Assembly: GCA_051885355.1 (NCBI GenBank)
Contig: JBJEXC010000021.1
Location: 1 to 54,161 of the forward strand
DNA from: Alphaproteobacteria bacterium
GTDB lineage: Bacteria > Pseudomonadota > Alphaproteobacteria > Rs-D84 > CACZYB01
Direction of reading: 5' to 3'
DNA length: 54,161 nucleotides
The translations under genes were made by a program, and so were the position numbers. Position 1 is the stretch's first letter. Every line of letters starts with the position of its first letter. The notes below the pieces were generated by a model, which made no database searches, was not told the DNA's origin, and worked only from the letters and a program-made list of their open reading frames with translations. This document shows, in pieces, positions 1 through 10,634 of this stretch.

Positions 1-1437
1 GAAATCAGCATAAGCCTTATTACGAGTAGAAATAAGGGTTTGTTCATAAAGATCACAAGAAGCCTTCGCAGAAAGGAAATCTGTTTGTTCCAATTCTACA
101 TCCTCCTCATCCGAAGTATGAGGTTCCTTCTCTGCTTCTATTGTTGTATCTGTATCAGAACCTGTATAAATACACTTATTTGATGCAGCATTATAAACAT
201 AATCATCATCACAAGGCTTTACGGCTGTTCCAGCAATATAATAACGCTCCAAATCAGTCCTTACAGCAGGAGAAGTGCAGTTTGCAGAAAGATAATTAAT
301 CGCTGATTTAATAGTATTTTCATTATCAGTTGCAGTTTTTCCTGCTATTTTAAAGGTTGTCATACCGAAACAAATATTACGAGCCTTTTCATACTGTGAT
401 CCAGGATTCAAATTTCCAGCACCAACTGGTGGCACAACATTAATAGAAAAAAGTTCACTTCCATTAGAATTACTACCCAAACCTAAATCAGATAATAAAT
501 CAGAAACAGAATTTTCTATAGTGCAAATACAATCCGCACTTCCCTTACTACATGAAGATCCATTTGCATTTTTACAAACTTCGGTACTTCCAGAAGTAAG
601 AGACATTCTATCCCAATTTTCCAAACCTAATGGTGCAATTTTATTTTTAAATAAATTTGTCTGTTCAAAATTTATAATTTTAAGTTCACCTGCCTCGACT
701 CGCCTATTTGCCTCATTATAATAAGCATAAGAGTCATTTGTTGCAAAAACATCTGTTTTATTATTTCCAGTTTTTCCATCATTAGATTTTGAAGTCGCCT
801 TTTTCAAATTACATTTATTAATTGGCATACCAGAAACACCAACTGCAGATTCGTCCAAATCACAATAATAATTATATGACATATAAAGATCATTAATATC
901 TCTTTGATTAGAACAGAAATTCAAATTATTAAACTTATCTTCTTTATTAGTTTTTTTAGACTTTACACCTCCAGTTGTTGTATCAATTGAAACACCTTTT
1001 CTTTCAGCCAATATAGACTCATCCGTGCAATACTTACTATCACCATTAACAAACAACCCCTTTACATTTGCTGAATTATAATAGATACAACGAAGAGGAT
1101 CCTTTGTTTCTTGCATAGCCTGCACTGCTTCATCATCAGATAAATAAGCATAATTAGAAATAATAGGATCAATTTGAGCATCCATACAATCTATAAACTG
1201 AGCCAAACAATTAGAACCAGTAGAAGTTGTGGAAGATGTTGTTGCTATACGAGACAATGCTCTAGAAGAACCTAAACTTCTTGATCCTTTAGATCTTGAT
1301 GACCTTGCTGAAGAAGCACTTCTTTTCGAAGAAGCAGATCTAACAGTTTTCTTTTTTGTTTGAGAAAAAACAGGCAAACTAAAAATTTGCCCAACAAATG
1401 CAAATATTGTTAAAAACGCAATACTTTTCTTAAACAT
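1..1437 (-). CDS. Large Cys-rich exported protein, 3'-truncated by the window edge (not in ORF track)
   Basis: ATG at 1437 with GGAGG upstream; my translation is open to base 1 (479 codons): MFKKSIAFLTIFAFVGQIFSLPVFS signal peptide, Ser/Arg/Lys-rich tract, then CLAQFIDCMD... ending ...TRNKAYADF. Confidence 0.85.
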   Translation of the reverse strand, partial: MFKKSIAFLTIFAFVGQIFSLPVFSQTKKKTVRSASSKRSASSARSSRSKGSRSLGSSRALSRIATTSSTTSTGSNCLAQFIDCMDAQIDPIISNYAYLSDDEAVQAMQETKDPLRCIYYNSANVKGLFVNGDSKYCTDESILAERKGVSIDTTTGGVKSKKTNKEDKFNNLNFCSNQRDINDLYMSYNYYCDLDESAVGVSGMPINKCNLKKATSKSNDGKTGNNKTDVFATNDSYAYYNEANRRVEAGELKIINFEQTNLFKNKIAPLGLENWDRMSLTSGSTEVCKNANGSSCSKGSADCICTIENSVSDLLSDLGLGSNSNGSELFSINVVPPVGAGNLNPGSQYEKARNICFGMTTFKIAGKTATDNENTIKSAINYLSANCTSPAVRTDLERYYIAGTAVKPCDDDYVYNAASNKCIYTGSDTDTTIEAEKEPHTSDEEDVELEQTDFLSAKASCDLYEQTLISTRNKAYADF

Positions 1438-1564
1438 TCTATCCTCCATATAAAAACTTCTTATTAGAAGTATATCAAAAAAAAACTTTTTTTTCAAGAA
1501 CATTATTGACTTTTTTATTCTATTTTTGTAAAAATAAATAGGATTTTAAAGGAAAGGGAAAAAA

Positions 1565-3289
1565 ATGAATGTATTTATGATTTTAATTATGGCTGTTATG
1601 CTAGGAATGTATCAATACTTCACAGCAAAACGCTCTTCCGATGTTACTTTAAACAAAGATGAAAGAGCATTTGAAGTAGAACTTAACTGTCTCAAACAAT
1701 TTCATGATTATGGGGCAACAAGAAATGAAGCACAATTAACAGAAGGATTTATAAATCCAGGATATACTTGTGCAAATGCAGAAAATATTAAAATGTATAA
1801 ATATTGCCTTAACAGTGGTATAGAAACCTCTTGTGCAGATACAAATATTACTGAACATTGCATTGCAACAACTATGTCAAAGGATAATTTGGATAATTCA
1901 TTAAAATCATTACTATTCAAAAAAGGTATAGAGGAAATAAAAGCCGGTAACATATTAAAGGGTAAAAAAATATCCATAAATAATCACCCTGCTTCTACAT
2001 CAAAAACAACAAGTTTTGGATTGGTAAGTTGTGTTGATGCAGAACGCATATCTCAAAATGAAAAATTAGCAAAAGACAATTGCAAAAAAGAAGGTAAATT
2101 TGCAACAAAACAACCTGACGGTTCTTGGATTTGCACTGATGTTCCAGAACTTGCAGATTGCACTGCTCACGAAGTATCCGTTTCAACATCTGGAGTAAAT
2201 TGCACTGGACCTATAAACGGAAAATATTGCTGTCCTAATACATCTATTGCTGATAAAATATGTGGTAGCGATCCTCAAATAAAAGCGACTTGGAATCCTT
2301 CAACAAGATTTTATATATGCACAAATGGTGAAGATGAATGTAATAAAGGAACTCACACCATGCAAGTTCTTGATGAAAATAATGCTCAAATAGGTTCTGG
2401 TTATATATCTATAGTCGCACCAGAAAAATTCTATACAGCAAAATACAATACTTCAACAAAGACGTGGGATTGTATTCCAAATGCTGAAACTTTAATAGAT
2501 AAATGTAAAACATTTGTTTTAAATAATAATCATGCTTATACATCTGTAAGTAATTTAACAACAGCAAATGGAACTCCTATATGTTATGGTGCATCAGAAA
2601 AATCACCAAGTGCATTAGAAGTTTGTTCTGCATGCGGAACTGCTGAACTTAACAAAGTAACGGGACAATGGTATTGTGAATACCCAACTACATGGACAGA
2701 TTTAAGGTTAAAAGGTTCCGCTTATATTGATAAAGTCAAAGGAACTTATGTTTATGACGCAATAAAACAAAAAGGCAGAAGAATAAATGAAAAGGGTGTT
2801 GACGCTTGCTTCCAAGGTTGCACTGACGAAATGATTGCAAGTATAAAAACCGGAAAGCCAAATGATGTATATTGGGGACTTTCATGGAATTCTAATTCAA
2901 AACTATGGGAATGCTTTACTTGCGAACATGTAAAAGAACCAGATGGAAAAATACGATCTGTTTATGTTAATGATAGATGCGTTCCTCACAATGACGGAGT
3001 TAATAGAGTATGTCCGTCTGGTATTACAACTACCATAACAAATTGCAATAGCGATAACTCAACAGAAATAAATGGTAGATGCGTTTTAGATTGTTGCGAT
3101 GAATCATTCCAAAAACGAGGAACCGACGGTGCTTGTTATACAAAATGGTGCAGGAACATTCCATCTGATATAAATATAGAAATAGGTAAACCTACAGCGA
3201 AATTATGTGAGGACGGCCTACGAATGGTTTGGAATTATAAATACGATTGCGTATATTGTATAAGACCTGATCCTATCAGAATTGAATAA
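1565..3289 (+). CDS. Cys-rich membrane-anchored or exported hypothetical protein
   Basis: 574 aa, hydrophobic N-terminus, many Cys, recurring W/Y-x-C turns (WICT, FYICT, WDCI, WYCE, WECF). Confidence 0.8.
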   Translation: MNVFMILIMAVMLGMYQYFTAKRSSDVTLNKDERAFEVELNCLKQFHDYGATRNEAQLTEGFINPGYTCANAENIKMYKYCLNSGIETSCADTNITEHCIATTMSKDNLDNSLKSLLFKKGIEEIKAGNILKGKKISINNHPASTSKTTSFGLVSCVDAERISQNEKLAKDNCKKEGKFATKQPDGSWICTDVPELADCTAHEVSVSTSGVNCTGPINGKYCCPNTSIADKICGSDPQIKATWNPSTRFYICTNGEDECNKGTHTMQVLDENNAQIGSGYISIVAPEKFYTAKYNTSTKTWDCIPNAETLIDKCKTFVLNNNHAYTSVSNLTTANGTPICYGASEKSPSALEVCSACGTAELNKVTGQWYCEYPTTWTDLRLKGSAYIDKVKGTYVYDAIKQKGRRINEKGVDACFQGCTDEMIASIKTGKPNDVYWGLSWNSNSKLWECFTCEHVKEPDGKIRSVYVNDRCVPHNDGVNRVCPSGITTTITNCNSDNSTEINGRCVLDCCDESFQKRGTDGACYTKWCRNIPSDINIEIGKPTAKLCEDGLRMVWNYKYDCVYCIRPDPIRIE

Positions 3290-3318
3290 AAAAGGGTAAT
3301 AATTTTACCCTTTTTTTT
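3288..3318. terminator. Bidirectional intrinsic terminator
   Basis: AAAAAAGGGTAA/TTACCCTTTTTT hairpin between convergent genes. Confidence 0.75.
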
Positions 3319-3328
3319 ATTACAAAAT

Positions 3329-3766
3329 TTAATTAGTTGGAAGTGACGAAGAATTAAACTTTCCAATATTACCAAATAATTCCTGAAAGAAATTTAATTT
3401 AATTTCTGATGGTAAATCTGTTTGCTTTGAAAGATTTACTTCAAAACTGTTATCAGAAATATTTTTCAACTTTATTTCATCTACTGTATCATCAGGATTA
3501 AACTTAACTGTTAAAACCTCATACTTTGAAAACATAGGGTCTAAAAAAGCAAACACTTCACCCTCTGCTGTATAATAAAACCACTTTTCATCACCAACTA
3601 AATTGACAGAGGCAGGCGACCCAAGTATATCATAAACTTCTTTTTTTGTTGTTGAAGTTTTAACTTGTTCTATCTGAGATTGCCTTATTGGAACACCTGA
3701 CTTATATTCTTTTGTAAGACAGGCTGACAAAATAAACAAACTGCAAATTGCAACATAATTTTTCAT
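3329..3766 (-). CDS. bamE: Outer membrane protein assembly factor BamE
   Basis: Lipobox LSAC; TKKEVYDILGSPAS and WFYY motifs; C-terminal FFQELFGNIGKF typical of alphaproteobacterial BamE. Confidence 0.85.
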   Translation of the reverse strand: MKNYVAICSLFILSACLTKEYKSGVPIRQSQIEQVKTSTTKKEVYDILGSPASVNLVGDEKWFYYTAEGEVFAFLDPMFSKYEVLTVKFNPDDTVDEIKLKNISDNSFEVNLSKQTDLPSEIKLNFFQELFGNIGKFNSSSLPTN

Positions 3767-3879
3767 AAACTTTTCTCCTTTTCAAAAAAAATTATACCAA
3801 CTTATTTTTTAAAGTCTATTTTTTTATTGAAAAACTCCGTTTATATTTTATACTTAATTATTAAGGATAACATTATAAG

Positions 3880-5805
3880 GTGAGAGAAGTGAGAAAATTA
3901 TTTATATTTATAATTGCATTATCAATATCATTTGCAAAGGTCAATTCTACAAATTCTGCAACTCGTTCAAGTTCTTCTAAAAATAATTCACGAAGAAATA
4001 TAACAACAACGACTCTCCCTGCACCAAACGAATTGGAATGCCAAGAAAATATTGACTACTGCTTTAATTACTATTGCTTTAATAAAAAAACTTTAACTAA
4101 TGGTATTTATTCAAGATGTGGTTCAGAATCCGCTTCAAACATTGTAATAAATGTCAACGATTGCTTAGATACAAGAGGTATCATCAAAAACTTAAATTTA
4201 AAGGATGGTTGTAAAGCATACACCTACACTTCTGTAGTAGCATTACTTGCAAATAAAGATAACATTGAAACTTCTATAAAAAAGACAACAAAGGAATGTA
4301 AGGAGGCTATAACAACCCTTAACGCTGCAAAATCATGCTGGGCAAAAATGATTTCTCACGATGGTTCAATCGACCCATCACTTCGCACACAATTAGTTTC
4401 ACTTTGTGGTTATTCTATAAGTAAAGATGCTGATATGGTTGACAGATTCTATAATGCTGGTAACTATGGTGATTCTAACATAGGCGCCCAAATGGATATG
4501 GAATTAACAGGACAAAACACTCAAAAAAGAGAAAATTGGAGACAAGTAGTTGACAGCGTCCTTGCTGGATATACAGAAATGGCAGAACTTGCATGCGGTG
4601 AAGAAGATTATCAAATCACAAAAATAAATGATTACACACCTGATAATCGCGAAAATTTGGCTATGGTAAAAGCAACAGCCCAAGCCGACCAAATGGGACG
4701 TAGCACTGCAAACCGCATTGTAAATTCTTGGTTCAGAGAAACCGATTGCTTAAATTCCCCACTACCAAAGGGTGGACTTAAATGGGAATATATTGCAAAT
4801 GGGGCTCCAGATTGCAGAATAGTTTGCCTTGAAGGTTATGAAGAAGGACCAACAAGTAGCGAATGTGTTGAAAAGAAAACACAAACAATCACATTCGGCG
4901 GATTTGTTACATCAGAAAAGGCTGTTGTTGGAGAACCTACCCCAGAACCAATCCAACCTCAACCATTTATACCTACAACAACTGCTTATTCAAATCCATT
5001 CAATGAACCTGACAGCGCTTCACAAACTTCATCCACATCATCAAGTGGAACCTGTTCAACAAACCTTCCACGCCAATATTATGCACAGAACAGCACTCCT
5101 ACTGCATCAGAAATTTGCAGGATATTTTTCCCAAATTGCACAAGCGGAAACATTGGTTCAAGGAATTCTTACTCAAGAGAAACTACAAATGGTAAAGAAT
5201 ATTTCTGCATTGGAAAATATACAAACAATTATAACTATTGGGTTGATTTATCACTAGCCGAAATAAATAAAGTATTCGGTAAAAGTTTCACAAGATTCGG
5301 TGAAAATTACAATGGAAGTTCAAGCACCGATGCTGGAAAATTCCTATATGAAAATTGTGCAAATTATTGTAACGGCAATACACCTACCCCTACACCTACA
5401 AACACATCTTCATCAAATTATGAAAAACAAATTAAAAAAGCATGTGAAAAATTAGATCACAAAGGTTGGTCCATCAAAAATAATAAAGAAAAAATGAAGT
5501 ATTGCACGGAAACAATGCTTCCTGCATATTGTAAACCAACATTATCACAAGATCAGTTAAAAAAATGTATAGATACATTCTCTTTAACAACAGGAAATAT
5601 GACTTACAACTGTACATCAAAAACATCTTTTGATAAATGTGTATGGTCAAGAAACTTTAATCCTGCGACTTGGCACAAAAGTTGGTATTCAATTGAAACA
5701 TCTTCAAATGGTTCAAAATATCTAATATTTAATAAATATATAATTCATCCAGAAGATTTATATTACAGTTTACCATTCGCAGACTTTGATGAAATGTTTC
5801 CTTAA
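3880..5805 (+). CDS. Cys-rich exported hypothetical protein
   Basis: 641 aa, signal peptide, Ser/Arg/Thr tract, Cys-rich domains joined by Pro/Thr/Ser linkers. Confidence 0.8.
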   Translation: MREVRKLFIFIIALSISFAKVNSTNSATRSSSSKNNSRRNITTTTLPAPNELECQENIDYCFNYYCFNKKTLTNGIYSRCGSESASNIVINVNDCLDTRGIIKNLNLKDGCKAYTYTSVVALLANKDNIETSIKKTTKECKEAITTLNAAKSCWAKMISHDGSIDPSLRTQLVSLCGYSISKDADMVDRFYNAGNYGDSNIGAQMDMELTGQNTQKRENWRQVVDSVLAGYTEMAELACGEEDYQITKINDYTPDNRENLAMVKATAQADQMGRSTANRIVNSWFRETDCLNSPLPKGGLKWEYIANGAPDCRIVCLEGYEEGPTSSECVEKKTQTITFGGFVTSEKAVVGEPTPEPIQPQPFIPTTTAYSNPFNEPDSASQTSSTSSSGTCSTNLPRQYYAQNSTPTASEICRIFFPNCTSGNIGSRNSYSRETTNGKEYFCIGKYTNNYNYWVDLSLAEINKVFGKSFTRFGENYNGSSSTDAGKFLYENCANYCNGNTPTPTPTNTSSSNYEKQIKKACEKLDHKGWSIKNNKEKMKYCTETMLPAYCKPTLSQDQLKKCIDTFSLTTGNMTYNCTSKTSFDKCVWSRNFNPATWHKSWYSIETSSNGSKYLIFNKYIIHPEDLYYSLPFADFDEMFP

Positions 5806-5806
5806 T

Positions 5807-6727
5807 CTATTTTGAATGAGGATGGGATTTTTTATAGGTTTCTATAATCTGTCCCATATCCAACTTTGTGTAAAGTTGTGTTGTGGAAAGCGAACTGTGT
5901 CCCAACAATTCCTGTATAGTCCTTAAATCAGTTCCTGCTGATAAAAGTTGCGTTGCAAAACTATGTCTTAAACTATGCGGTGTAGTAGTAGAGGACAACC
6001 CTACATAATTCCTTGCCTTTTCAATATCACGCTCAGCAACCCTTGCCGTCAACCTTGCTCCTCTTGCACCACGAAACACAGGATTATCTAAACGAAAATC
6101 AAACGGTGCAACCCTCAAATACTCTTCAATAGAATCTTTGACAATAGAAAGCAAAGGCACAATCCTTGTTTTACCACCCTTTCCTTTTATCACCAAAGTA
6201 TCGGTATTTACTATATCAGCAATATTCAAATTTAATGCCTCTGATATACGAAGCCCTGCTCCATAAATAAGGACAAACAAAGCCTTATCCCTTTTTGCTT
6301 GCCACTTTTCTTTTATAATCGAATCAAAACTATCAAGAAGTTTTATCACATCAACATTATCAACCGCCTTTGATAATTTTTTTGGTAGTTTTGGCGATTT
6401 TAAAATCTCAATTTTTGTATTTTCACTAATACCATTTTCATTCATAAATTTAAAAAAATTTTTAACAGAAGATATTGCCCGAGCAACACTCGTAGCACTC
6501 AACTCTACATTACTTTCATTTTTTATATGCGCCACAAATGCCCTAAACTGAGTAATAGAAATATTTGCAAAATCCTTTGAAGTTAAATTTTCTTTTTCTA
6601 AAATTTCCTGCATATAAGTTATGAATTTATTTACATCTCTGTTATATCCATCAACAGTATTATCTGAGACCCTACGCTCAGATTGTAAAAAATTAAGCCA
6701 CCGTTTTTTTATCTCTCTATAATCCAT
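5807..6727 (-). CDS. xerC: Tyrosine recombinase XerC
   Basis: SAM-like N-domain; YGAGLRISE, GKGGKTR, HSLRHSFATQLL, LLGHSSLSTTQLYT. Confidence 0.88.
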   Translation of the reverse strand: MDYREIKKRWLNFLQSERRVSDNTVDGYNRDVNKFITYMQEILEKENLTSKDFANISITQFRAFVAHIKNESNVELSATSVARAISSVKNFFKFMNENGISENTKIEILKSPKLPKKLSKAVDNVDVIKLLDSFDSIIKEKWQAKRDKALFVLIYGAGLRISEALNLNIADIVNTDTLVIKGKGGKTRIVPLLSIVKDSIEEYLRVAPFDFRLDNPVFRGARGARLTARVAERDIEKARNYVGLSSTTTPHSLRHSFATQLLSAGTDLRTIQELLGHSSLSTTQLYTKLDMGQIIETYKKSHPHSK

Positions 6728-6801
6728 TTTTTTATTGCATATCCATAAATTCCTTTCTACAATTATATCACATAAAAAGAGAAAAATAAAGGAGTTAAAA
6801 A

Positions 6802-7302
6802 ATGAACTGGGACGAATATTTTATTTCCATTGCTGAACAAGTAGCCATAAAATCAAAGGACCCATCAACAAAAACCGGCTGTGTCATAGTTGATTCAAAA
6901 CATCGTCCAGTATCATTCGGTTATAACGGTTTTATTGCCGGCTGTGATGAAAGCAAAATGACAAATGAACGCCCAATGAAATATAATCTTGTAATACACG
7001 CAGAAATGAACGCTCTAATGTTTGCAAAACGAGACTTAGAAGGTTGCATTTTATACACGCTTTACGCTCCTTGTGAAAACTGCCTAAAACATATTTTACA
7101 ATCAGGAATAAAAAAGATAATTTATAAATATCCTGTTGTGCAAAGTAAAATTTGTGGGACAAAAAATTCTATGACAACATCTAACACAAACGAAGCAATC
7201 ACAAGAATATTACAATCTCTTTCTGATGTAGAATGTAAAAACATAAATGGAAAAAGTTATTTGGATGAAATTTGGGCTAACTGCGAAATGCCAAAATTTT
7301 AA
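6802..7302 (+). CDS. dCMP deaminase family protein
   Basis: WDEYF...SKDPST, GYNG, HAEMNAL and PCENC zinc motifs. Confidence 0.9.
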   Translation: MNWDEYFISIAEQVAIKSKDPSTKTGCVIVDSKHRPVSFGYNGFIAGCDESKMTNERPMKYNLVIHAEMNALMFAKRDLEGCILYTLYAPCENCLKHILQSGIKKIIYKYPVVQSKICGTKNSMTTSNTNEAITRILQSLSDVECKNINGKSYLDEIWANCEMPKF

Positions 7303-7305
7303 AAA

Positions 7306-7641
7306 CTATTCATCAACATTTTCTTCATCGTCTGAAACATCATCTTCAATCACACCAGTTTCATATCCATTTTGCAAATTATACAATTCTTGCATAGAAT
7401 ATACCGGTGTTAATTTGTATTTATCCCCACCAGAAATAGCCCCAGTCCTTGCATCACTTCCATCCTCATTAAGATAATGCGGAGGCAAAGGTTCCTCATC
7501 ATAAATAGCAGGCTTTTCATTAAACGCCTCAGTTTCAGGCTTAATTCTTCCGGTATAAGAAAAACCCTGCAATCGCCCAGGAACAGCCATTACAGGCACG
7601 GAATAAATCATTAACAGTAATAAAATATAAAACTTTTTCAT
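7306..7641 (-). CDS. Small exported acidic hypothetical protein
   Basis: 111 aa with signal peptide MKKFYILLLLMIYSVPVMA. Confidence 0.65.
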   Translation of the reverse strand: MKKFYILLLLMIYSVPVMAVPGRLQGFSYTGRIKPETEAFNEKPAIYDEEPLPPHYLNEDGSDARTGAISGGDKYKLTPVYSMQELYNLQNGYETGVIEDDVSDDEENVDE

Positions 7642-7700
7642 AAAAAATATAATACCATATTCTTATTGATTTTTAAATAAAAAAAATATATATTACCCAT

Positions 7701-7985
7701 TGGATGGTCAAAGAACTGCTGTATGGTTTCCATATAGAGGAAAGTCCGGACACCACAAGGGAAAGATAATGGGTAATACCCATCAGGAGTAATCCGAGGA
7801 TAAGAGCCACAGAGACGAGCCTGTTAAGTCAGGGTGAAACGAGGCAATCTCTATCTGGTGCAAGACTAAACAGGATAGCGTTGATTACCCTTGGGAGCTA
7901 TCGGGTAAGTCGCAAAGAAATATGCAGTAATGTATATTCAAGATGAATAGTTCTTTATAACAGAATCCGGCTTATAGACTGTCCA
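7701..7985 (+). ncRNA. rnpB: RNase P RNA (type A-like, minimal)
   Basis: GAGGAAAGTCCGG and ACAGAATCCGGCTTAT (P4); P1 TGGATGGTC/GACTGTCCA; P2 AAAGAAC/GTTCTTT; P6 CAAGGG/CCCTTG; upstream TTGATT-17-TATATT. Confidence 0.95.
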
Positions 7986-8029
7986 CTTTTTTTCATTTGC
8001 CTATCACCAAAAATTGGGAGAAATTTATT

Positions 8030-8983
8030 ATGCAAAATTCAAAAGTTGCACTATCTTATTTTTATTTAATGTTATCAGGTTTATTTTATGGTGGTATAGT
8101 ATTCGGAAACAAAGTTTTATTAAAACTTGGCTTTCCATTATCCGATTTACTTATTTTTCCAAATGCAATAGTTGCAACTTTCCTTCTTCCATTTGTATGG
8201 AAAGATTTAAAAGAACTTGCTGAGTTTCCAATAAAAACTATGTGTGCATTTGCTTGCGGTTGCGTTTTAATGCAAGCAGGTCAAATCTTACCTTTAACAA
8301 TGGGGCTTTCAATTTCATTTATCGAACTTCTCGTCTATACACAACCAATCTGGACAATACTTTTTACAAAATTTATATTAAAAAGAAAAATTTGCCACTA
8401 TGATATAGGCGTTGTAATCTGTATCATAATAGGCTTGATAATACTGGTAAATCCATTTGATGATTTAGATTTTTCAATCCCAGCATTAATATTCGGAACT
8501 GGTGCAGGTATCGGTATAGCCTCTTATGTTATGTTTAATTCATACTTTGAACATAAACAAGTCAAACCATTAGTTTTCATATTCTGCGTAAATATATTCT
8601 TATCAATACCATTCTTATTATCATACCCAATAATAAGCCTTAATTTAGAAAATATGAACTTTGAATTTATCCTATCACAACGCGTATGGGCTGTGGTTAT
8701 GATATATTGTGTATGTTGCACCCTACTCCCTATGCTTTTATTTTTCAAAGGTTCAAAAAATGTTTCCTCCGTTCACAGCGGTTTAATGTTGCTTTTGGAA
8801 CCAATCGTTGCTATTATACTAGATGTTATATTCTTTCACTTTGATATAACATGGAATGTATGGGTAGGCGGAATTTTGATAATAGGTTCAAACTTATTCG
8901 TTATATTTGCAGCCTCCGCCCATAAAAAAGATAAACGAAGATTATTAGCAGGAAGGCACGCTTATGGTATCCATAACGAATAG
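8030..8983 (+). CDS. EamA/DMT family transporter
   Basis: About 10 TM helices, YTQPIWT and LLLEPIVA motifs; ATG 8030 follows GGGAG. Confidence 0.85.
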   Translation: MQNSKVALSYFYLMLSGLFYGGIVFGNKVLLKLGFPLSDLLIFPNAIVATFLLPFVWKDLKELAEFPIKTMCAFACGCVLMQAGQILPLTMGLSISFIELLVYTQPIWTILFTKFILKRKICHYDIGVVICIIIGLIILVNPFDDLDFSIPALIFGTGAGIGIASYVMFNSYFEHKQVKPLVFIFCVNIFLSIPFLLSYPIISLNLENMNFEFILSQRVWAVVMIYCVCCTLLPMLLFFKGSKNVSSVHSGLMLLLEPIVAIILDVIFFHFDITWNVWVGGILIIGSNLFVIFAASAHKKDKRRLLAGRHAYGIHNE

Positions 8984-9623
8984 GACAAAGGTAAAAGTAA
9001 AAACCGCAAAATACAGAAGCAAGTCATCAACAAAATGGCTTCAACGACAACTAAATGACCCTTATGTAAAAAAGGCACACGAACTAGGATACCGCTCCCG
9101 CGCAACATTTAAAATTATTGAAATTGATGATAAATTTCATCTTTTTAAAACTGGTAAAAAAGTAGCAGACATTGGCTCCGCCCCAGGAGGATGGAGCGAT
9201 ATTGCCGTCAAACGCGTAGGTAAAGGAAATGTCTCTGCTATTGATATTTTAGATATGAAACCAATTGACGGCGTTCATTTCAAACAAATCGACTTCAATT
9301 TGGATGAAGCAAAGGATTTCCTAATAAAAACTCTAAATGGAAAGGCAGATGTTGTAATATCCGATATTGCTCCAAACACCACCGGCAACCAATCCGTTGA
9401 CCATTTGCAAATTATGGCCCTTGTCGAACAAGCATACTATTTTGCAATAGATGTTTTAAGAACTGGCGGAAGTTTCGTTGCAAAAGTCCGTCAAGGTGGC
9501 ACAGAGGCAAGCCTTTTATCAGAAATGAAAAAACATTTTGAAACTGTAAAACATTTCAAACCTAATTCTTCAAGAAAAGAAAGTGCAGAAACTTATGTCA
9601 TAGCCCAAGGTTTCAAAGAATAA
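8964..9623 (+). CDS. rlmE: 23S rRNA Um2552 methyltransferase RlmE
   Basis: WLQRQLNDPYV, YRSRA, DIGSAPGGWS, SDIAPN, KPNSSRKES. Confidence 0.96.
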   Translation: MVSITNRTKVKVKTAKYRSKSSTKWLQRQLNDPYVKKAHELGYRSRATFKIIEIDDKFHLFKTGKKVADIGSAPGGWSDIAVKRVGKGNVSAIDILDMKPIDGVHFKQIDFNLDEAKDFLIKTLNGKADVVISDIAPNTTGNQSVDHLQIMALVEQAYYFAIDVLRTGGSFVAKVRQGGTEASLLSEMKKHFETVKHFKPNSSRKESAETYVIAQGFKE

Positions 9624-9624
9624 A

Positions 9625-9654
9625 AAAAACTCCATTTGTTACGATGGAGTTTTT
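9625..9654. terminator. Bidirectional intrinsic terminator
   Basis: AAAAACTCCAT/ATGGAGTTTTT between convergent genes. Confidence 0.75.
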
Positions 9655-9673
9655 GTTTAATAAATCTTAACGA

Positions 9674-10501
9674 TTAAAATACATCAGAAATAAAATCATA
9701 TTTTACTTTAAACATAATAATATCATTTTCATATTTGAATGAAGATTCTGGTTCATCTCTTTCTTTTGCATCATCCATTTTTAATTTTCTATATTCAATA
9801 CCAACAATAAGGGGACTATCAGGAACTCTATACTCAACACCTGCTATATATTGCTGTGTTGCTTCATTATCTGTTCCACCCTTTATACCAGATATTGAAG
9901 TATCAATTTTTGAAAAACCATAACCAAATCCAATATATGGATCAATATTTCCAAGCCCTGGAATTTCAAATAAAACATTAAGCATATATGATGTTATGTC
10001 ATTTTTTCTAATTTCAAAATCTTCATAATATAAATCAAAAAGATAACTTGTTGTTGGAGTTTGTGTTCCAGAACAAGTATTATCAGAACACCAAGCACCA
10101 TTTGGATCCCTAACAATCATATCCCAATCTCTTACTTTGTAAGAAGTTTTCAAATACTCAAATTCAAATCTGAATGGATTTCTTGGAATCGCCCAACCAA
10201 CAGAAAAGGAATAAGTATTTGTTTTTTCCGGATAAAATTTCCATTCCTCAGGAAGCCCTGCACTCCATGGCTTTGCCCAAGTTCCATTAAGTTTCGATTC
10301 ATTAGAACCCGGCCAACCATAAATTCCATTCATACCTTCATAAGCCTCACCAACACCTGTATCGCTAGAAGAGGCTGTAATAGTATTAACTTTCATATCT
10401 GGTTTAGATTGTGAATAACCAACTCCAAAATAAAGACCAGATGCCTGAGCCCCATAAGAACCAAGCAAAATCATTGCTCCTGTCAATAAAACTTTTTTCA
10501 T
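9674..10501 (-). CDS. Outer membrane beta-barrel protein
   Basis: Start MKKVLLTG at 10501 after AGGAG; signal peptide; FRFEFEY and PYIGFGYG strands; C-terminal Phe. Confidence 0.8.
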   Translation of the reverse strand: MKKVLLTGAMILLGSYGAQASGLYFGVGYSQSKPDMKVNTITASSSDTGVGEAYEGMNGIYGWPGSNESKLNGTWAKPWSAGLPEEWKFYPEKTNTYSFSVGWAIPRNPFRFEFEYLKTSYKVRDWDMIVRDPNGAWCSDNTCSGTQTPTTSYLFDLYYEDFEIRKNDITSYMLNVLFEIPGLGNIDPYIGFGYGFSKIDTSISGIKGGTDNEATQQYIAGVEYRVPDSPLIVGIEYRKLKMDDAKERDEPESSFKYENDIIMFKVKYDFISDVF

Positions 10502-10634
10502 ATTATCTCCTTTAATCATTATATATAATGAGATAATAACATATTTTTTAATAATAAACAAACAATTTTTTATAATAATTGATTTTTTTTTCAAACTATA
10601 ATATATTTAATGAAAATTAAAAAAGAGGAATTAA

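Noticed and set aside
521-721. 66-aa plus-strand ORF, and the many similar short ORFs antisense to or nested in long genes
   Set aside because: Shadow ORFs of longer, better supported CDSs
5807-6727. Phage or integron integrase marking a mobile element
   Set aside because: Ordinary XerC length and motifs, no IntI insertion, no attC-like sites or att duplication nearby
10502-10594. Upstream extension of the OMP ORF to 10594
   Set aside because: RBS and signal peptide fit a start at 10501; the extension covers the divergent promoter region
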